A DNA stretch of 49,447 bases, counting the filler, from Dimargaris cristalligena (taxonomy: Eukaryota): NCBI GenBank assembly GCA_003614675.1. It is 2 parts of 2 records of this genome, joined end to end, with 100 filler letters (N's around TTAATTAATTAA, not from the genome) between each part and the next. Parts side by side here need not be neighbours in the genome. Positions count along the whole stretch, not along the records: positions 24,782 to 49,447 come from ML002581.1; 1 more part is not named here. The stretch is one strand, 5' to 3'. A model generated the notes under the pieces. The model was not told the DNA's origin, did no database searches, and saw nothing but the letters and a program-made list of their open reading frames with translations. This document shows positions 46,692 through 49,447 of the stretch, one piece after another (the first letter of the stretch is position 1; every line of letters starts with the position of its first letter). The translations under genes were made by a program, and so were the position numbers.

Positions 46692-48512
46692 TTACACGGC
46701 CGAGTAGCCGCCACGGCGGCGACCACTGCAGGAATTATAAGCGAACTGAACAAACTCCTATAGAAATGATCCATGAAACAACAAAAGCAATAGCATATAA
46801 AGTACAACATCTATTAGTGACTCTTCTTGTATCATTCGCGGGATTTGAGGAAGTTCTCAGGTGTTCAGTCCAAAGGGGTGTCAGCTTTAACGAACTGGCA
46901 TAGGCAGAATCAGGCCAAATTGTAGTAAGGGCCATTATTAGTTTTCATAAATAAATAAATATTTAGAACTTACAAGACATAGGTAGGGTAGCTCCTGCCA
47001 GAAGTAGCGATGGGGGATCAGGTCAAGACCCGAGGCGCCTGCCACGGCGTAGTTATACACGGCGCCCACCACGAAATAGACGAGAAGGAGGATTCCGATA
47101 CTAACGGATCCACCAACCGAGGCATGACAAAGGAACGATACAAATAATGAATATGTGGTTATTACTAATCTTACAAAAATTGTGTACTCAAGAGACTTTG
47201 CCACAATCCGACGATTATAGAGCTGAGACTGTGTGCTAAAATATATAGTAAGTGGGTAGGTGGTAGTCCCAATAAGGTAGTATGTTAAGGGTGACTTACA
47301 TCTTAAAGAGGGTCGAAAAGAAACCGCCGCCGCCGCTGCTCGGCTCAGGGTCATTCTTTTCGGGGTCGTCTGATGGTTTGTCCTCGGGTTTCTTGGGGTC
47401 CTCGGGGTCCGTCCGTTTTTGACTGTAAGAGATAAATAGAAGAATCATACAGAGGGTATGTTAAGTCACGGGACAGACATAGAATCGGAGGAGTGGATGC
47501 AGCAGCATAGGCTCGGTTTTAAGACGGCAGCATATACACCTGATACGTCTAAGAGAAGTAATGGCTATTCTTCTCCCACAAGCCTGGAAACAGCATAAGT
47601 GGCATAAGCATTCACTTACACACAAACAGCGGCCGAGGTCCACTCCAGGGTCAGAATACCGTTAGTCATGCTAACGAATTTCGGTTCCGCCTTGGCCGCG
47701 TCCACGTCTTTATCGCAGAAAAGGCGAACGTCGCAGCGGTAGTCGGTCTTATCGACCGTAGGCCCCTTGACGCTCCATAGCAAATCCTCCTTCTCGCTCG
47801 ACGCCCGGGGGGCCGTAATAACTGGTGTTTCGTCTTTGCTTCCACCAATAGCTTGCACGGCGATTACCCGGTCCTTCTCATCCGGCTTGTAGTTCGTGGA
47901 AGTCTTGCAGACAAAGGTGCCGTCGGGACATCGGTCAATTTCAGGAACGTCCTTCGGGGCTTGGAGGGCCTGGCAAGGGTTGATGGTGTACCGGTCAATC
48001 GTATGCGTGGGCGGGGTTACTGTTTTGATTTCCACCACGTGCTCCCTACAGGAAAAATAGTACAGCCAATTTAACAGAGCGGACTGGTTAAAACCCTGGG
48101 GAGGGGGCTCTCGCGGTTCCCAGAAATTACAAATAGCAACCAGGCTAAGGGCTTAAAGCCGCAGTTTTTCCAGGGGGGTTTAAATTGCCAGAACATGTAG
48201 GGCATATACTTTCGGTAACACCACCATCGCGGACCAGGAAATGAAGGTACCATACCATCCAAACGCGATTCCAAGATGGGGAGTACCCGGTTTCCCAAGT
48301 ACTACCGCGGCGTTTAATAGCTAGCGAATGAGAAACACTGGGCCAAACGCCCGAAGTTCCGGTAGATGGAATATAACGTACCTGTCCAAGGCGGAAAAGT
48401 CGTAGTGCTGGTCGCCAAGCGTGAAGTCTTTACAATTCAAGGCGAGGTGCATAGGAAGGGCCAATAGGCCCAGAACTAAAGCGCCTCGCCAGACCTTGTT
48501 AAACGCCAGCAT
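46692..48512 (-). CDS. ATG27: Autophagy-related protein 27 (MRH-domain type I membrane protein); exons 48512-48382, 48045-47620, 47422-47300, 47100-46974, 46757-46692
   Basis: Signal peptide; YDFSAL; TPPT...YTINPC; CPDGTFVC; LTLEWTSAAVC; TM followed by YFVVGAVYNY...GLDLIPH..FW..LPY; C-terminal RGGYSAV*. Splice phases are consistent. Confidence 0.9.
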
Positions 48513-49228
48513 GGGGATGTGGTCGTATGTGTGTGGAGGGGGGGTACGGACGAGATGGACACGCCAATAAAGAATGTCGAAAAGGTAGAATTTAAGAAGG
48601 ATTGGATGGATGGTTGGAACTGGATGGTTGCGATAATTCCAACTAAGTTAAAGCCAAAAAAAAACTGCAAGGACGCTGACTGCCAAGTGAAACTGCGGGG
48701 GATGAAAAGGGTTTTCTGTATTAGTGAATGGAACCTCAAAGACTTGCTGTTCAATGGGTGGGAGGGGGGGGAGGAGTTAGGAAAATGGTGGAGAAAATGG
48801 AAGCCGAATGCCAAGGGAGTAGTGGGCGAGGGCCAGAGGACTGGGCATTTTTTTTTTAGAATACCGCGAGAGGGGTAGTCTACTGGTTTGTTGATATGGT
48901 GAGCATAAGCAATTGGAAACCTTCCACACATCTAATGCCCCGAGTTAGAGAGCGGTGGTAGGCCCCCTGGTACAGCAGGCGGGTATGCGATACTCATTGT
49001 AGCATAGGTGCTGCTTCTCCGCGATTGGGCTTCTAAGGAGCACTACGTCAATATGAATGATTGCTTAAAAAGGACTTTCAATGCACTGGGATGTTCCCCC
49101 CACCAGTAGCAGCTTTGGCAATTGACTGAAACTCTTTTCCGTAAAGGAGAATAGCTAAGTAACAATCTCGTGATTAGACCATGAATACCATGGTATATAT
49201 GCAGGGTCAGAAGGAGCTAACTAGATGG

Positions 49229-49262
49229 CATATGGGTAAATTTCAACCCGACTATATAGGGT
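49229..49262 (+). mobile_element. Single MITE-family TIR-like end
   Basis: CATATGGGTAAATTTCAACCCGACTATATAGGGT resembles the family TIR; no partner end seen in the window. Confidence 0.45.
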
Positions 49263-49291
49263 AAAATCCATATAAGGGGGCCATCATATTT

Positions 49292-49305
49292 AGGTCACGT
49301 GACCT
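49292..49305. promoter_or_regulatory. Palindromic E-box AGGTCACGTGACCT
   Basis: Perfect 14-bp palindrome containing GTCACGTGAC, ~780 bp upstream of the ATG27 start. Confidence 0.4.
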
Positions 49306-49447
49306 TTAGAGGACGGACATAACCTTCCCCCCCTATATTATCCACCCATCCATCACCGCCAACATAAGCCAAGGAGACTTGGCCTATATTGCGATGGGAA
49401 GGGGGTACGCCCAGAAAGGGCAGGGGCAGCAATGGTACTCTATTATT

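Noticed and set aside
5163..48512. Apparent secretory-pathway theme (Get5, Sec72, GT25s, Erd1, Atg27)
   Set aside because: The genes are widely spaced, on both strands and interspersed with unrelated genes; no evidence of a co-regulated cluster.
1..49447. CRISPR arrays, operons or other prokaryotic systems
   Set aside because: No regularly spaced repeat-spacer arrays were seen, and genes have spliceosomal introns and eukaryotic products.

Overview
Eukaryotic (fungal) genomic DNA with GT-AG spliceosomal introns. Gene content and style suggest an early-diverging fungus, possibly Zoopagomycota/Dimargaritales; this is an inference, not a database result. About 13 protein genes are supported: a partial multi-exon gene (possibly a P5B ATPase N-terminus), Get5/Mdy2-like UBL, a fungal-specific TF-domain protein, Sec72, three tandem GT25 glycosyltransferases (the middle one frameshifted at a C7 run), a 1114-aa disordered orphan, Erd1-like EXS, METTL14-like MT-A70, a signal-peptide plus zinc-finger-array protein, a PB1+SAM adaptor and Atg27. 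Also present: tRNA-Arg(ACG), a ~140-bp MITE family (5 copies plus one end, 3-bp TSDs), LTR-like remnants in CpG-depleted tracts and a scaffold gap. The most striking candidate for new biology is the apparently secreted C2H2/C2HC zinc-finger protein (40666-41685), which looks like an exported transcription-factor effector. All calls were made by eye, without database searches.
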